Assembly (NCBI GenBank): GCA_963665445.1
Contig: OY762276.1
Span: forward strand, 3,278,601-3,342,600
Reading direction: 5' to 3'
Length of the DNA: 64,000 nt
Source of the DNA: an uncultured Desulfobulbus sp.
GTDB taxonomy: Bacteria; Desulfobacterota; Desulfobulbia; Desulfobulbales; Desulfobulbaceae
Under the pieces are notes generated by a model. That model had not been told where the DNA came from. It was given only the letters and a program-made list of their open reading frames with translations, and did not search any database. The translations under genes were made by a program, and so were the position numbers. Below, piece after piece: positions 36,468 through 47,626 of the stretch (position 1 is the first letter of the stretch; each line of letters opens with the position of its first letter).

Positions 36468-38243
36468 ATGGCAGACAAAACAAAGCCTTTCGAGATCGGC
36501 TTAGTTGGGGCGGGTGCGATCTCCGCTGGTGCCTACACCGGCGGGGTCATCGATTTCATGATCCAGGCACTCGACAGTTGGTACAAGGCCAAGGCCACGG
36601 ACCCGACGGTGCCGCCGCACGATGTCACCTTATCAGCCTTCTCCGGGGCCTCCGCCGGTGGCATGACCGCGGCCATCGCGGCCGGTTTTCTCGGTTCGGA
36701 TCAACCGCCGATCATCGATGAACAAACGGCGACCGAGAAAAAATCGCAAAACAAGCTGTACCACAGCTGGGTCGAACGGATCGACATCAGCAGCCTGCTC
36801 GAGTCGAATGATCTCAACGATGCGGATGCCATGGTGCAGTCCCTGCTGGATTCGTCGATTTTGAGAGATATTGCGCACGAGGCCCTGAACCTGACACCAC
36901 GGGCAGAGCGGCGTCCGTATGTTGCAGAACGGTTCCAGGTCATGGTTACGGTGACCAATTTGCGCGGCGTACCCTATTCGTTTCCGATGCAGGGCGATCA
37001 ACGCACCGATTACGACATGTCCCTCCATGCCGATTACATGCACTTCGAGTTCAGCGATCAGGGACAGGCGAGCTCGCCTGATCGCTACGGAGTCAGTTGG
37101 AAGGTCCTGGGCCAGCAATCGCCGCTCAAGGAAAAAATCGAACTCTCGGCCCTGGCGTCCGGGGCTTTTCCGGTCGGTTTGGCCCCGAGAACCCTGGATC
37201 ACCTAATCACACCGGATCCGGAGGGCGGAATCTACGATGCAAGGCGGTGGCGGGTACCGACCCCATACCACCAGGGAACCAATCCCTGCATGACCCTGGC
37301 AAAGATACCACCCCATTGGCCCAATCTGGAGGGCAATCTTCGCTACGATTTCCAATGCCTTGATGGCGGGGTGATGAATAATGAGCCCTTCGAGTTGGCT
37401 CGCCAGGCCCTGGCCGGTCAAGACGGCATCAACGAGCGCGATGGGGCCAAGGCCGACAAGGCAGTGCTCTTGATCGATCCGTTTCCGAATGTCAGTACAT
37501 TCACTCTCGAGGAAGAACCGGCGACCGATATCGTCAAGCTGATCATCCGGCTTTTCGCTGCGTTGAAGAATCAAGCCCGCTTCAAGCCTGACGAATTGAA
37601 GCTGGCCGACGACAGGAATGTTTCTTCACGCTTCATGATCGCGCCGTCGCGCCCTATAGCCACCGATCGCAAGGCTGAATACCCGATCGCCTGCGGCTCA
37701 CTCGGCGGATTTGGCGGGTTTCTCAAACGCGATTTTCGCAATCACGATTTTTTCCTGGGCCGGCGCAACGCGCAAAAATTCTTTCGGGATCATTTCGTCT
37801 TACCCGAGGACAATCCCTTGTTTGTTGATTGGGGCGGTGACGATCCCGAATTGCGGGTCAGGATGATCGAGGTCTACTGTGTCAAAGATCCACAGGGGCG
37901 CCCGCAACTCGTCGATGGCAAACATCAATTGCCGATCATCCCATTGGTCGGGGTGGTCCAGGATCAGGAGTGCAGGCTCTTGCCCTGGCCGCGTTACAGC
38001 GAAAAGGATATGGAGCGCTTCATGGATCAAGTCGAGCGGCGGACCGACAAGGTCTTGGGACGGCTGGCCGAACAGTATTTCAAGGGCTGGAAACAGTGGT
38101 TGGCCAAGCTGGTGATCAAGACGAAAAAAAATGACATCAAGGCCTTTGTCGAGCAATCGGTCTATTGCGATCTGCAACAGATGGGGTTGATTCGAGGTTG
38201 GAGCAAGAGCACGATCAAGTGCGGTAAGAAACGAGCGGATTGA
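36468..38243 (+). CDS. Patatin-like phospholipase family protein
   Basis: GAISAGAYTGG, nucleophile elbow GASAG, SGAFPVGL, catalytic DGG (LDGGVMNNEP). Confidence 0.85.
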   Translation: MADKTKPFEIGLVGAGAISAGAYTGGVIDFMIQALDSWYKAKATDPTVPPHDVTLSAFSGASAGGMTAAIAAGFLGSDQPPIIDEQTATEKKSQNKLYHSWVERIDISSLLESNDLNDADAMVQSLLDSSILRDIAHEALNLTPRAERRPYVAERFQVMVTVTNLRGVPYSFPMQGDQRTDYDMSLHADYMHFEFSDQGQASSPDRYGVSWKVLGQQSPLKEKIELSALASGAFPVGLAPRTLDHLITPDPEGGIYDARRWRVPTPYHQGTNPCMTLAKIPPHWPNLEGNLRYDFQCLDGGVMNNEPFELARQALAGQDGINERDGAKADKAVLLIDPFPNVSTFTLEEEPATDIVKLIIRLFAALKNQARFKPDELKLADDRNVSSRFMIAPSRPIATDRKAEYPIACGSLGGFGGFLKRDFRNHDFFLGRRNAQKFFRDHFVLPEDNPLFVDWGGDDPELRVRMIEVYCVKDPQGRPQLVDGKHQLPIIPLVGVVQDQECRLLPWPRYSEKDMERFMDQVERRTDKVLGRLAEQYFKGWKQWLAKLVIKTKKNDIKAFVEQSVYCDLQQMGLIRGWSKSTIKCGKKRAD

Positions 38244-38292
38244 CGGGATGACGATCAGGAAGGCGGCACATGTCCCCTTCCCAAGGGATCGA

Positions 38293-39627
38293 TCATTTCG
38301 AAAGTGACGGCCATGGACAAATCCTGCCGCTGGATCCTTTCTGGAAAAAAGCGCCTTCGATGCGGTTGCGGCCATTCTGTTTGGCCTTGTAGAGGAGCGC
38401 GTCGCAGGCGTTGAACAGTTCTTCGGGCAGAACCTCGGCGAGCCCGGACAAGGTCAAAACACCGATGCTCACGGTGACGTGGCCTGACACTTCCGACCCT
38501 TTATGCGGCAGGGAAAGCCCCTCAATGCCGGAACGGACGTCCTCAGCCACCTTGCGTGCGTTTTCATGGTTGGTGGCGGGCAGGATACAGGCGAATTCCT
38601 CGCCACCGTAACGGGCCACGGTGTCTGAGGGGCGCTTGATCACCTTGGCCAAAAGCTGTGAGATCCCCCGCAAGCAGTCGTCACCATGTAAATGGCCATA
38701 CAGATCGTTAAACTGCTTGAAGAAGTCGATATCCACAAGGAGCAGGGACATGGGGGTACCTGACCTGCTTTGCCGCTTTATCTCCCTGGTAAAGGTTTCA
38801 TCAAAAAGCCGTCTATTGGCAAGACCGGTGAGGGAATCTTTGCTTGCCAGTTTTGCCAGCTCCCTATTGATGGATTCAATCTCGCGCGTGGATGTGTCGA
38901 CAAGCCGGTGCAGCACACACATGGTCCGAAACTGGCGGGATTCCTCGAGCCGGGGATCGTATTCGTTTTCCGTGACTGCCTCTGTATCCGAATCACCTTC
39001 GGAAAGCGTAAGCACGGTCATGGTTTGACTGAAGAAATAGGTTTTGCCGGATTCGTGGCGGAAGTACTCCCCATAGCAGAAGAAACCGGATGAGGGGGCA
39101 ATATCTTCCAGGGACGAGAGCTCAACAGCGATATCCGCGCCCAAAATCCACTTTCGAGAAACACAGGAATAAATAAAAATCGCCTGGGGGTTGAAGGAAC
39201 GCACCTCTTCGTGGGTCAACTGTGCACCGGTCGCCAGGAGGCCGGCGTGACAGAAGCCGAAACGCAGTTGTTCGCCCGGATAGAAGTCATGGATGTAGTG
39301 AAACGATCCATCTTCGTTGACGCCGGTGGCATGGATTGCCATGGGGATGCCGTCGCGTTCGATGATCAAGGGAAAATCAGCGGCGGACAGGGGCAGGCCG
39401 TCGGCCACCTCCTGACCAAGGTAGTGCACGTAGATGTCATACGGTGACAGGCCATCGATGGAATAGACGATGGGGCCTTGCGCTTTGGTGATCGTCAGCT
39501 TCTTGCCAATGGGAACCCAACTGAGATTGTAGGCATTCCTGGCAATGAGTTCGGTGCCGGAAATGGAGGCGGCCGCCACACAGTGTTCCGTGAGGCCGTC
39601 CTGGGTGAAGACAAAGGTTATCTCTCC
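38293..39627 (-). pseudogene. FIST-domain diguanylate cyclase, 5'-truncated by ISKra4
   Basis: Begins mid FIST_N (EITFVFTQDG), retains FIST_C (YSCVSR, GFFCYGE), DSLTGLANRR, I-site RPSD and RYGGEEF. The ORF start GTG 39642 lies inside the IS terminal repeat. Confidence 0.75.
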
Positions 39628-41036
39628 GGGAGCATCAGGCACTTATGGGATTATTTAACACGTCGGATCCTCTTTGGGCGTGATGCTCTCTGCGCCTTGG
39701 CGTTTTGCTCGTACTCAGTAAAAATGGAATCAAATTTTGAGTTGTACTTGGCGCAACGCAGTTTGAGGATATTATTTGCGTAATCGACTTTCCACCAGGC
39801 ACCGGATCTCTTGAGGCGGATATTACTGATGAACTTATTGGCACTTTCGATCGCTCCGCTGCCAAGCGGGTACCCACCTCGCCGCAAACGACCATACTCG
39901 ATCCTGTCTTTGTTCTTTTTCAGGTAGTTTACCAGCTTAGTTCTCTCAGTTTCCGCAGTGGCTGTTTTGCATTTCATTCTGCTCAGGCCAGCGATGACAT
40001 GTGAGGCATTGTTGTGAAAGAGTCGAACCTTGGTTTGCTCTATCCACTCATCGGCTTTCGTCGATTCAGCAAAATGATATTTAGCAAAATCGTGGAGGTG
40101 TTCCGAGCAGTGGAAATAATCAAGGACTTGGCGGCATGTTGGGAAATATTCTTTGACGCAGTCCCATATCCAATCGGCTCCATCACCTACAAAACACAGG
40201 CGAACTTTATCCAGCGGGATAATGTCTTTGCCTCTTAGCTCGGCAAGGAATCCTCGAAATTCAGCAACATTGCTGATTTGGTGCCAACTTAAAAGATGAA
40301 CTATCTTGTCTTTATCGAGCAAGTAACCGCGTATCCCTTTAGCTTCGCGCCAGCAATGCGGTTGCCCCTTGTCTTCTGTTCTTATGGGCACCATAGCGCC
40401 GTCAGCAAAAAAAAACAGCACGGGCCTTCTAAAGTTTTCATCCGAAATATCTTCTATTATTTTCAATATTTCCTGTGAGGTTGGGGTGATCTCCTCAAGG
40501 CTGATTTCATCGGCGACTTGATTGGTAAGTTTATGAACGGTGTCAGCGGAAATGCCAAAACGATAAATCTCGTTCATCATTTCCGCAGCTTCTTCAAAGG
40601 TTTCCTTGGCCCCGAAGAGAGAAGCTATTTTTTGAACATCGTATTGGTACTTGCCATCCCTCAAATTAAGAGCATCTTCATACGGGGTATGGACGGCTTT
40701 ACATTTGGGGCAAACATAGTACGGGCAGCCAATAACAATGGTACCAATTGTGGTAACACACTCTTTTTTATTGGAATATTTTTTATGCACTTTGGTGCCG
40801 CAACAGGTGCATGCTGGAGTAGAGATCTGTCTGTCGAGTTCCCCCTGAATGATGATCTGGACCAATTCCGGATCTATTGATGGGTACTCTTTCCTGATCT
40901 TGTCAATTATCTCAAAAAGCGTGTTATTGGGCGCATCAACGCACTGGATAATGTGAGCTATTTTTTGATCAAGGGTATTATCGTACATGTCTTTGTAACG
41001 CTTGGACCAATCCCGAATTCTCCGCACTGCCGCCAT
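39628..41036 (-). mobile_element. ISKra4-family element; right terminal repeat present, left one not found
   Basis: GGGAGCATC... terminus at 39628 next to the transposase stop. Visibly more AT-rich than its flanks. Confidence 0.7.
39651..41036 (-). CDS. ISKra4-family (UPF0236-like) transposase
   Basis: Zn-ribbon CTCCG/CPKC, FADG, WREAK, VGDGADWIW, LDYFHCSEHL, GSGAIESANK, RLKRSGAWW. Confidence 0.88.
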   Translation of the reverse strand: MAAVRRIRDWSKRYKDMYDNTLDQKIAHIIQCVDAPNNTLFEIIDKIRKEYPSIDPELVQIIIQGELDRQISTPACTCCGTKVHKKYSNKKECVTTIGTIVIGCPYYVCPKCKAVHTPYEDALNLRDGKYQYDVQKIASLFGAKETFEEAAEMMNEIYRFGISADTVHKLTNQVADEISLEEITPTSQEILKIIEDISDENFRRPVLFFFADGAMVPIRTEDKGQPHCWREAKGIRGYLLDKDKIVHLLSWHQISNVAEFRGFLAELRGKDIIPLDKVRLCFVGDGADWIWDCVKEYFPTCRQVLDYFHCSEHLHDFAKYHFAESTKADEWIEQTKVRLFHNNASHVIAGLSRMKCKTATAETERTKLVNYLKKNKDRIEYGRLRRGGYPLGSGAIESANKFISNIRLKRSGAWWKVDYANNILKLRCAKYNSKFDSIFTEYEQNAKAQRASRPKRIRRVK

Positions 41037-41125
41037 GGTATAACCTCCTGATTTTGCATGACATTATATCATAAATACAGTAGCGTTTAAACTGAAATCC
41101 ACCGTAACTTATTAAAATTATTTAA

Positions 41126-41567
41126 CAAAAGCCTCTCGTTTCCTCGGCGGAGAAATTCCATAAGCGTCGGATGCACCCCTTGCAACAAGCCGAACTGGAA
41201 TGCCCGGCACCGGCCCCTAAGGTCAAAAACGGAAAACGGGGACGAACAGCCAAATCGAAATCCAGAAACCTGCTGGAGCGATTACAGAGCTTTGAAAACG
41301 ACGTTCTTCGGTTCTTGGACGATCCGCTGGTGCCTTTCACCAATAACCAGGCAGAAAATGACCTGCGGATGATCAAGGTGCAGCAGAAGGTGTCAGGGTG
41401 CTTCCGTTCAATGGAAGGTGCAGAGACTTTCTGCCGCATCCGTAGCTACATCACGACCTGTAGAAAACAAGGCATTACTGCGTCCGAAGCCTTGCGATTG
41501 CTCTTCCTGGGTAAGTGGCCCGATTTCATGACCACGCTTGTGGATTCGGTTTGTGCTGAATAGTTAC
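41126..41567 (+). mobile_element. IS66-family relic (TnpC C-terminus and right end)
   Basis: KSRNLLERL...VLRFL..VPFTNNQAENDLRMIKVQQKVSGCFRS. Terminus GCTGAATAGTTAC (GTAAC on the other strand). Confidence 0.85.
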
Positions 41568-41569
41568 GA

Positions 41570-42035
41570 AAAATGTTCGTTATCACAATAAAGAAGCAGG
41601 GAGGAGTGATTATCGACAGCCAGCGCCATCCTGTTTCCTCCTTTGGCGGATCCGATTCGGGGAGTATAATTTGTCGATGATGAAATCATGCTGGCAGAGC
41701 TTGGCAAAACCATGCTCGAGCATCTTGGTTCCCGTGTCACCCTGTGCGCTGAAAGCAGGGTCGCCTTGGCTCTGTTTCATGAGCCCTCTGAAAAATTTGC
41801 TGTCCTCGTTACAGATAAAACCATGCCCACGATGACCGGTGTTGGGCTCGCAACAATAATACCCTCGATACATCCCGGGATTCCCAGCCTCCTCTGCACA
41901 GGTTACAGCAGCCTTATCAATGAAGAACAAGCCGACCGCCACGGTATCAAAGGGTTCGCGGCGAAACCTTTCAGCCAAAAAGAGTTAGCCGCAGCATTGA
42001 GAAAAGTGCTGGATCAAGATATATCAATGCAATAA
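41570..42035 (+). pseudogene. C-terminal remnant of a hybrid histidine kinase (receiver domain)
   Basis: In-frame TAA at 41667-41669 just before FVDDEIMLAELG, then LVTDKTMP, LCTGYS, AKPF. No upstream kinase body. Confidence 0.7.
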
Positions 42036-42126
42036 ATTTTTGAATACCAGCTGGATTCACCGCGCCTCCCCTTGAGAAAGGAGTTGCGTCCCTTAAATAT
42101 CCCGCTGCCCATTCTCTGGAGTTCAG

Positions 42127-42492
42127 ATGACAACCACTTTCCACACCACCAATGGCGATATCGAGGGTGGCAATCTTCCTAGGCCAGGGGTGCCGGCCAC
42201 AGCGGCACGGTGGCTCCTGGAACAGCCTGACCCTGCCAATGGATGGGGGCGGCTTGATAGGCTTGCCCTGGAGGCCAACCGCAGTGGAGAAGATACGCCA
42301 GAAAGGATTTTTGCCGCCGTTACAGTTGCCGACTCGCCGCCGCAGTATTGGGGAGACAGTACCCTCCGGGCCACGATAAACGGTTTGGCGAACCGGATAC
42401 CTCCGCCGGTAGAGCAAGAAGGCCCTGCCGAAACATTGCCCCAATGGGAGAGTTACCACTCGCTCAAAGTGTTCAGGATACGAGCGTGGTAA
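42127..42492 (+). pseudogene. Probable internally deleted DUF1835-like gene
   Basis: N-terminus FHTTNGD..GGNL fused directly to a C-terminal-like LLEQPDPANGWGRLDRLALEA...YWGD. Confidence 0.4.
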
Positions 42493-42546
42493 CGCACGGC
42501 AAACAGATCGTGCGTTTTTTACATTTTGATTTTTTCAGGAGCCACT

Positions 42547-42843
42547 ATGAATGTCTTTTACTGCATTTTTGAAGTCGAGCCGCAGGTTGAAAACCCTTTG
42601 ATTGCCCATGTCTCCAGAGCAGTCGTGCATCTCTGGGTGGGGGCAAGCGAAATCGATGCAGCCAGAGAGATCGCACGTCAATTTCTTACGTCCGACCGAT
42701 GGCTAGTGACAGAGGAAAAGGAGGCGTATTTACCGACGCCTGGGCAGATAGAGGGGCTGGACGCTGAACAATCGGCGAATTATCAAACAGCTCAATCAGA
42801 AGGAATCCACGCGAAGTTTTACTACTGGCATCGTTCCGAGTGA
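42547..42843 (+). CDS. Hypothetical protein (98 aa)
   Basis: AGGAG RBS, protein-like composition, no recognised motif. Confidence 0.6.
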   Translation: MNVFYCIFEVEPQVENPLIAHVSRAVVHLWVGASEIDAAREIARQFLTSDRWLVTEEKEAYLPTPGQIEGLDAEQSANYQTAQSEGIHAKFYYWHRSE

Positions 42844-43111
42844 TCGAGCAGCGGCAACCACGACCAAACAAAGCCGGATCGTCGTTGTTTTTTCCAAGGA
42901 CCCCACCAGCAAAGTCTGGCAAAACACTCTTTTCCCGGAGTAAGGCAGACGAAATTGATGGCTAGGCAACGACTTTCTCTGGCTGAAGGATTCTTTTATG
43001 ACCAAAGAAGGTGGTGGGAGAGCAAGGGAGTTTTGGCCGCGCACCTGAGCGCTTCCAGAAGATTTCCGGCTGCAGCGGCAACAGTTGCGGCAGCTCTCTT
43101 CCCCAAAGCGC

Positions 43112-43144
43112 AAAAGGGGGGCTCAGTTGTTCACTGAACCCCCC
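43112..43144 (-). terminator. Intrinsic terminator after tRNA-Ala copy 1
   Basis: Minus strand GGGGGG-TTCAGT...CTGAGC-CCCCCC followed by TTTT. Confidence 0.65.
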
Positions 43145-43151
43145 TGTATGA

Positions 43152-43227
<76 letters not shown>

Positions 43228-43436
43228 GTCGTCTTCATTTTTCTGCAAAAAGCAGCCTTCCTCGCCACCATCGTTGAAAAATTCTCAGGTGCTTGCTGAA
43301 GAAGGTGACGAGCAAGATTGAGCGATACTACCCGATCCCTTCTTGGCTTGCAAGCAAAGTCCTCCGGAAAACGTGGAGGACCTGCATAATTCAACACCGT
43401 TCAAAAGAACTCGGAATCCCAACGAACAGCCCCCCT

Positions 43437-44537
43437 ATGAAGAGCATCCCCCAATACCTCCTCGTCGAACCCTATTACGGAGGATCGCATAAAGCGTTTA
43501 TCGACGGGATGACCCACGTTGTGGAAGGCGAGTTCACCCTGTTGTCCCTGCCTGCCAGGAAATGGAAGTTGCGCATGCAACTGGCAGCGCCCTATATGGC
43601 CGAGAAAATCATTGAGGCCACCCGCAAAGGTGCCCGGTTTGACGCAATGGTGACATCCACCTTTCTTGACGTCGCAGTCTTAAAGACCCTCTTGGCGCAA
43701 AAGGGAATCGCCATTCCTCTGGGGATCTATTTTCACGAAAACCAGTTCGCCTATCCCACAAGGCCGGAAGATACGGATCGCCATCAGTTTGCCGCCATAA
43801 ACTGCACCTCAGCGCTCTGCGCGGATGCAGTTGCCTTTAACAGCGCCTTCAACATGGAGTCCTGCCTAGGCGGTATCCGACAGTATGCACAAAAGGCCGC
43901 TGATTTTCCCATGCCCGACATTGCCGGCCATATTCGCGCTAAATCTGTTGTCCTCCATCCTGGTCTGGATTACAGCATGCTCGACGGCAAAATCGCACCA
44001 AAGAATACGGAGGGGCGGCCAGTCATCGTCTGGAATCATCGATGGGAGCACGACAAGAATCCTCAGACCTTTTTTCAGGCTCTCTTTGAACTGGATGAAA
44101 GAGGGGCCGACTTTCAGCTCATCGTTTTAGGAGAGTCGTTTCGTCATCAGCCGGAAATCATGCACCAGGCCAAGGAAATTCTTGCCTCGCGCATTCTCCA
44201 CTTTGGCTATTGCCGCGATAAAGAGGCATATTCTTCCTGGCTGCGGCGTGGAACCATTGTTGTCTCAACAGCCATCCATGAGTTTTTTGGCATGAGTGTA
44301 CTGGAAGCGGTTCGCGCGGGCTGCAGGCCTCTTGTTCCTGACCGGTTGTCCTACCCGGAGCTGTTCCCAAGACGATATCGTTATGCAAACGGACAGTTGG
44401 TCGAAAAGATGGCAGAACTTATTGACAGCAATGCCGGAATAACGCCGACCGAGGCACGAGCCCTGACCGATCCGTATTCATGGAACAGGGGAGAGAAATC
44501 GTATAGCGATTGGCTGAGAAAGCTCAGAGGTGTTTGA
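43437..44537 (+). CDS. DUF3524/GT4 glycosyltransferase, GTDC1 (QTMAN)-like
   Basis: LVEPYYGGSHK, LPARKWKLRM, YFHENQFAYP, FNSAFN, WNHRWEHDKNP, HEFFGMSVLEA, PDRLSYPEL. Confidence 0.82.
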   Translation: MKSIPQYLLVEPYYGGSHKAFIDGMTHVVEGEFTLLSLPARKWKLRMQLAAPYMAEKIIEATRKGARFDAMVTSTFLDVAVLKTLLAQKGIAIPLGIYFHENQFAYPTRPEDTDRHQFAAINCTSALCADAVAFNSAFNMESCLGGIRQYAQKAADFPMPDIAGHIRAKSVVLHPGLDYSMLDGKIAPKNTEGRPVIVWNHRWEHDKNPQTFFQALFELDERGADFQLIVLGESFRHQPEIMHQAKEILASRILHFGYCRDKEAYSSWLRRGTIVVSTAIHEFFGMSVLEAVRAGCRPLVPDRLSYPELFPRRYRYANGQLVEKMAELIDSNAGITPTEARALTDPYSWNRGEKSYSDWLRKLRGV

Positions 44538-44674
44538 GAAGTACGTTGAAGACAGGGAACGAGACACGGTGGAAAAAGAAAAGCCTATTTCAACACCCAG
44601 CTCCTTGTGGAGGGATTGTGGCGAAACAGGCTTTATCGGGCAAGACCGCCGATTACATCAGCGGTCTCAATATT

Positions 44675-44750
<76 letters not shown>

Positions 44751-44768
44751 GTCGTTTTCTGGAGCAGC

Positions 44769-44797
44769 CTTTTACCATGCGGAATGATCCCTGTCAA
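44769..44797 (-). promoter_or_regulatory. Sigma70 promoter for tRNA-Ala copy 2
   Basis: TTGACA-17 nt-TAAAAG with an extended -10 TG. Confidence 0.65.
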
Positions 44798-44957
44798 GTT
44801 TTTATCAATTCTTTTTCTTGTCTTGACCATATCGATTGCCAAGGGGGGGTTTGATTGGTAATGTAGCGACTTTGTTCACGCAGAGTAAAAGGCTGCACAA
44901 ACTCCCATCGCCACACCGTTCCCAGCGGGTCCACTTCGCTGATATTTCTATCGTTAA

Positions 44958-46010
<1,053 letters not shown>

Positions 46011-46087
46011 TTTCGATGGCAATTTGCCCCGGTCTATCGACCCTTTCCATCCGACCGCTGCTCCCGAGGGTTTCGTCGCATTTTTCC

Positions 46088-46972
46088 ATGAAAAAAAAGA
46101 GCCCCAGAAAACGAACCAGCCGTTTCAGGCTTTTCCGCGTCATCGTGTTGGCCGGAATTCTCCTGACCTTGGCCCTGATTTTCCTTGTCTCCACACTGGG
46201 AAGCCAACAGTTCGGCTCCCTGCACAAACTGATTTTGGAAGCCGTGGGCCCGCTGCAGAAGGTTGTGGCCGTGTCCAGTTCAACCGTGGATCGGTTCAAG
46301 TCGGAGTATGTGGATATCCTCCAGGATAGCCTTCGCCTACGAGAGGAAAACAAACGCCTGGTGCAGCAGTTGCAGGAAAACGAGACATTGCTCAACAAGA
46401 GCCGCGAGGCCATGGCCACCAACGCCAGCCTGCGCAAGCTGCTTGAGTTCAAGAACACCCTTGGCCACCAATCCAGTGTGGCCGCGACCATTATCGGTAA
46501 AGATCCCTCGACCATGTTTCGCTCGGTCATTATCGATCAGGGATCCAACAACGGCATCACCAAGGGGGATCCGGTGGTCAACAGCGAGGGCGTGGTCGGT
46601 CAGGTTTTTGCCATTACCCCCAACTACGCCAAGGTGCTGCTGGCGATCGCACCGTCCAGCGCCATCGACGTACTCCTGCAGAAATCGCGGGTACGAGGCA
46701 TTCTCAAGGGCGATGGCAGCCTCACCTACAAGCTTGAGTATATTTTGAAAACCACGGAAGTTGAGGAAGGCGCCCACGTGGTCACCGCCGGCTACGGCGG
46801 CATCTTTCCCACCGGCCTGCCCGTGGGGGTGGTTTCCAAGATCATTAAAAAGCCTCGGGGCATGTTTCACGAAATCGAGGTTACGCCATCGGTTGACTAC
46901 CAGAAACTCGAGCACCTGCTGATTCTCCACCAACCCAACATGGTGGAAATCAAGCAGTTGGAACAGCCTTGA
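46088..46972 (+). CDS. mreC: Rod shape-determining protein MreC
   Basis: TM plus coiled coil, IDQGSNNGI, GVVGQV, VTAGYGGIFPTGLPVG. Follows mreB. Confidence 0.95.
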   Translation: MKKKSPRKRTSRFRLFRVIVLAGILLTLALIFLVSTLGSQQFGSLHKLILEAVGPLQKVVAVSSSTVDRFKSEYVDILQDSLRLREENKRLVQQLQENETLLNKSREAMATNASLRKLLEFKNTLGHQSSVAATIIGKDPSTMFRSVIIDQGSNNGITKGDPVVNSEGVVGQVFAITPNYAKVLLAIAPSSAIDVLLQKSRVRGILKGDGSLTYKLEYILKTTEVEEGAHVVTAGYGGIFPTGLPVGVVSKIIKKPRGMFHEIEVTPSVDYQKLEHLLILHQPNMVEIKQLEQP

Positions 46973-47046
46973 TGCACCATGGACTGGACGCCTGTTTTTT
47001 TCATGACGAGTCAGAGCCGCACCCTTTTCCAGGGCATTGAAAGGCG

Positions 47047-47589
47047 ATGATTGCCATCAACTTCATCCTCGTCGGCCTGTTGCTCGTCATCCTGGAGACA
47101 ACGGTCTTTATGCCGCGACTGGGCTGGCTGTACCCTCCGGATCTCTATTTCATCCTGGTCGCCTTTCTTGCCTATCGCCTGGAGTTTATCCACAGCCTGA
47201 TCATTCTCTTTCCCCTGGCCTGTTTTCTCGACGTGCTCTGCGGGACCGTGCTCGGCAGCTATGCCCTGATCTGTTTCGGTTGCTATTTTTTCGTGCGAAC
47301 CATCAGTGGAAAATTGCCCATTCGTGAACCCCTGTACCAGATTCCCCTGATCGGTGCGGCGTATCTTGTCGTGCATTGGCTGGTGTACCTGCTGTTGAAT
47401 TTTCTCCAGCCGGGGCACCTGGCTCCGTGGAATTGGCTGCAGATGATCATCCGCGCTCTGGAGGTTGTGATCCTCGGCTACCCCATGTTCTATTTCTTTG
47501 AAAAAGTACGAAAATTTTCCATAGGCACATTGCTCCCCTGGAATCGACTGCGCCTCCGCACGGATAATCGGCGCAGACGTCGTGCCTAA
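47047..47589 (+). CDS. mreD: Rod shape-determining protein MreD
   Basis: Hydrophobic 180-aa ORF between mreC and mrdA with a PDL motif. Confidence 0.8.
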   Translation: MIAINFILVGLLLVILETTVFMPRLGWLYPPDLYFILVAFLAYRLEFIHSLIILFPLACFLDVLCGTVLGSYALICFGCYFFVRTISGKLPIREPLYQIPLIGAAYLVVHWLVYLLLNFLQPGHLAPWNWLQMIIRALEVVILGYPMFYFFEKVRKFSIGTLLPWNRLRLRTDNRRRRRA

Positions 47590-47626
47590 TGGTTCTCCAA
47601 GAGATTTCCCTGAGAGGTCATTGATT

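Noticed and set aside
36468-38243. Patatin as a CBASS CapV effector
   Set aside because: No CD-NTase, Cap2/Cap3 or other defence gene nearby, and the protein is much longer than CapV.
41104-41117. GTAACTTATT as the IS66 left end, giving a 464-bp mini-IS66
   Set aside because: Only 6 bp match the right end, and there is no 8-bp target duplication.
39650-41127. Direct repeat ATTATTTAACA at 39650 and 41117 as a target-site duplication
   Set aside because: The first copy overlaps the transposase stop inside the IS terminus, so it cannot be an external duplication. It is also low-complexity AT sequence.
42955-43110. Possible degenerate IS66 TnpA fragment (EFW..AHL..)
   Set aside because: Needs several frameshifts, and the similarity is too short to support.
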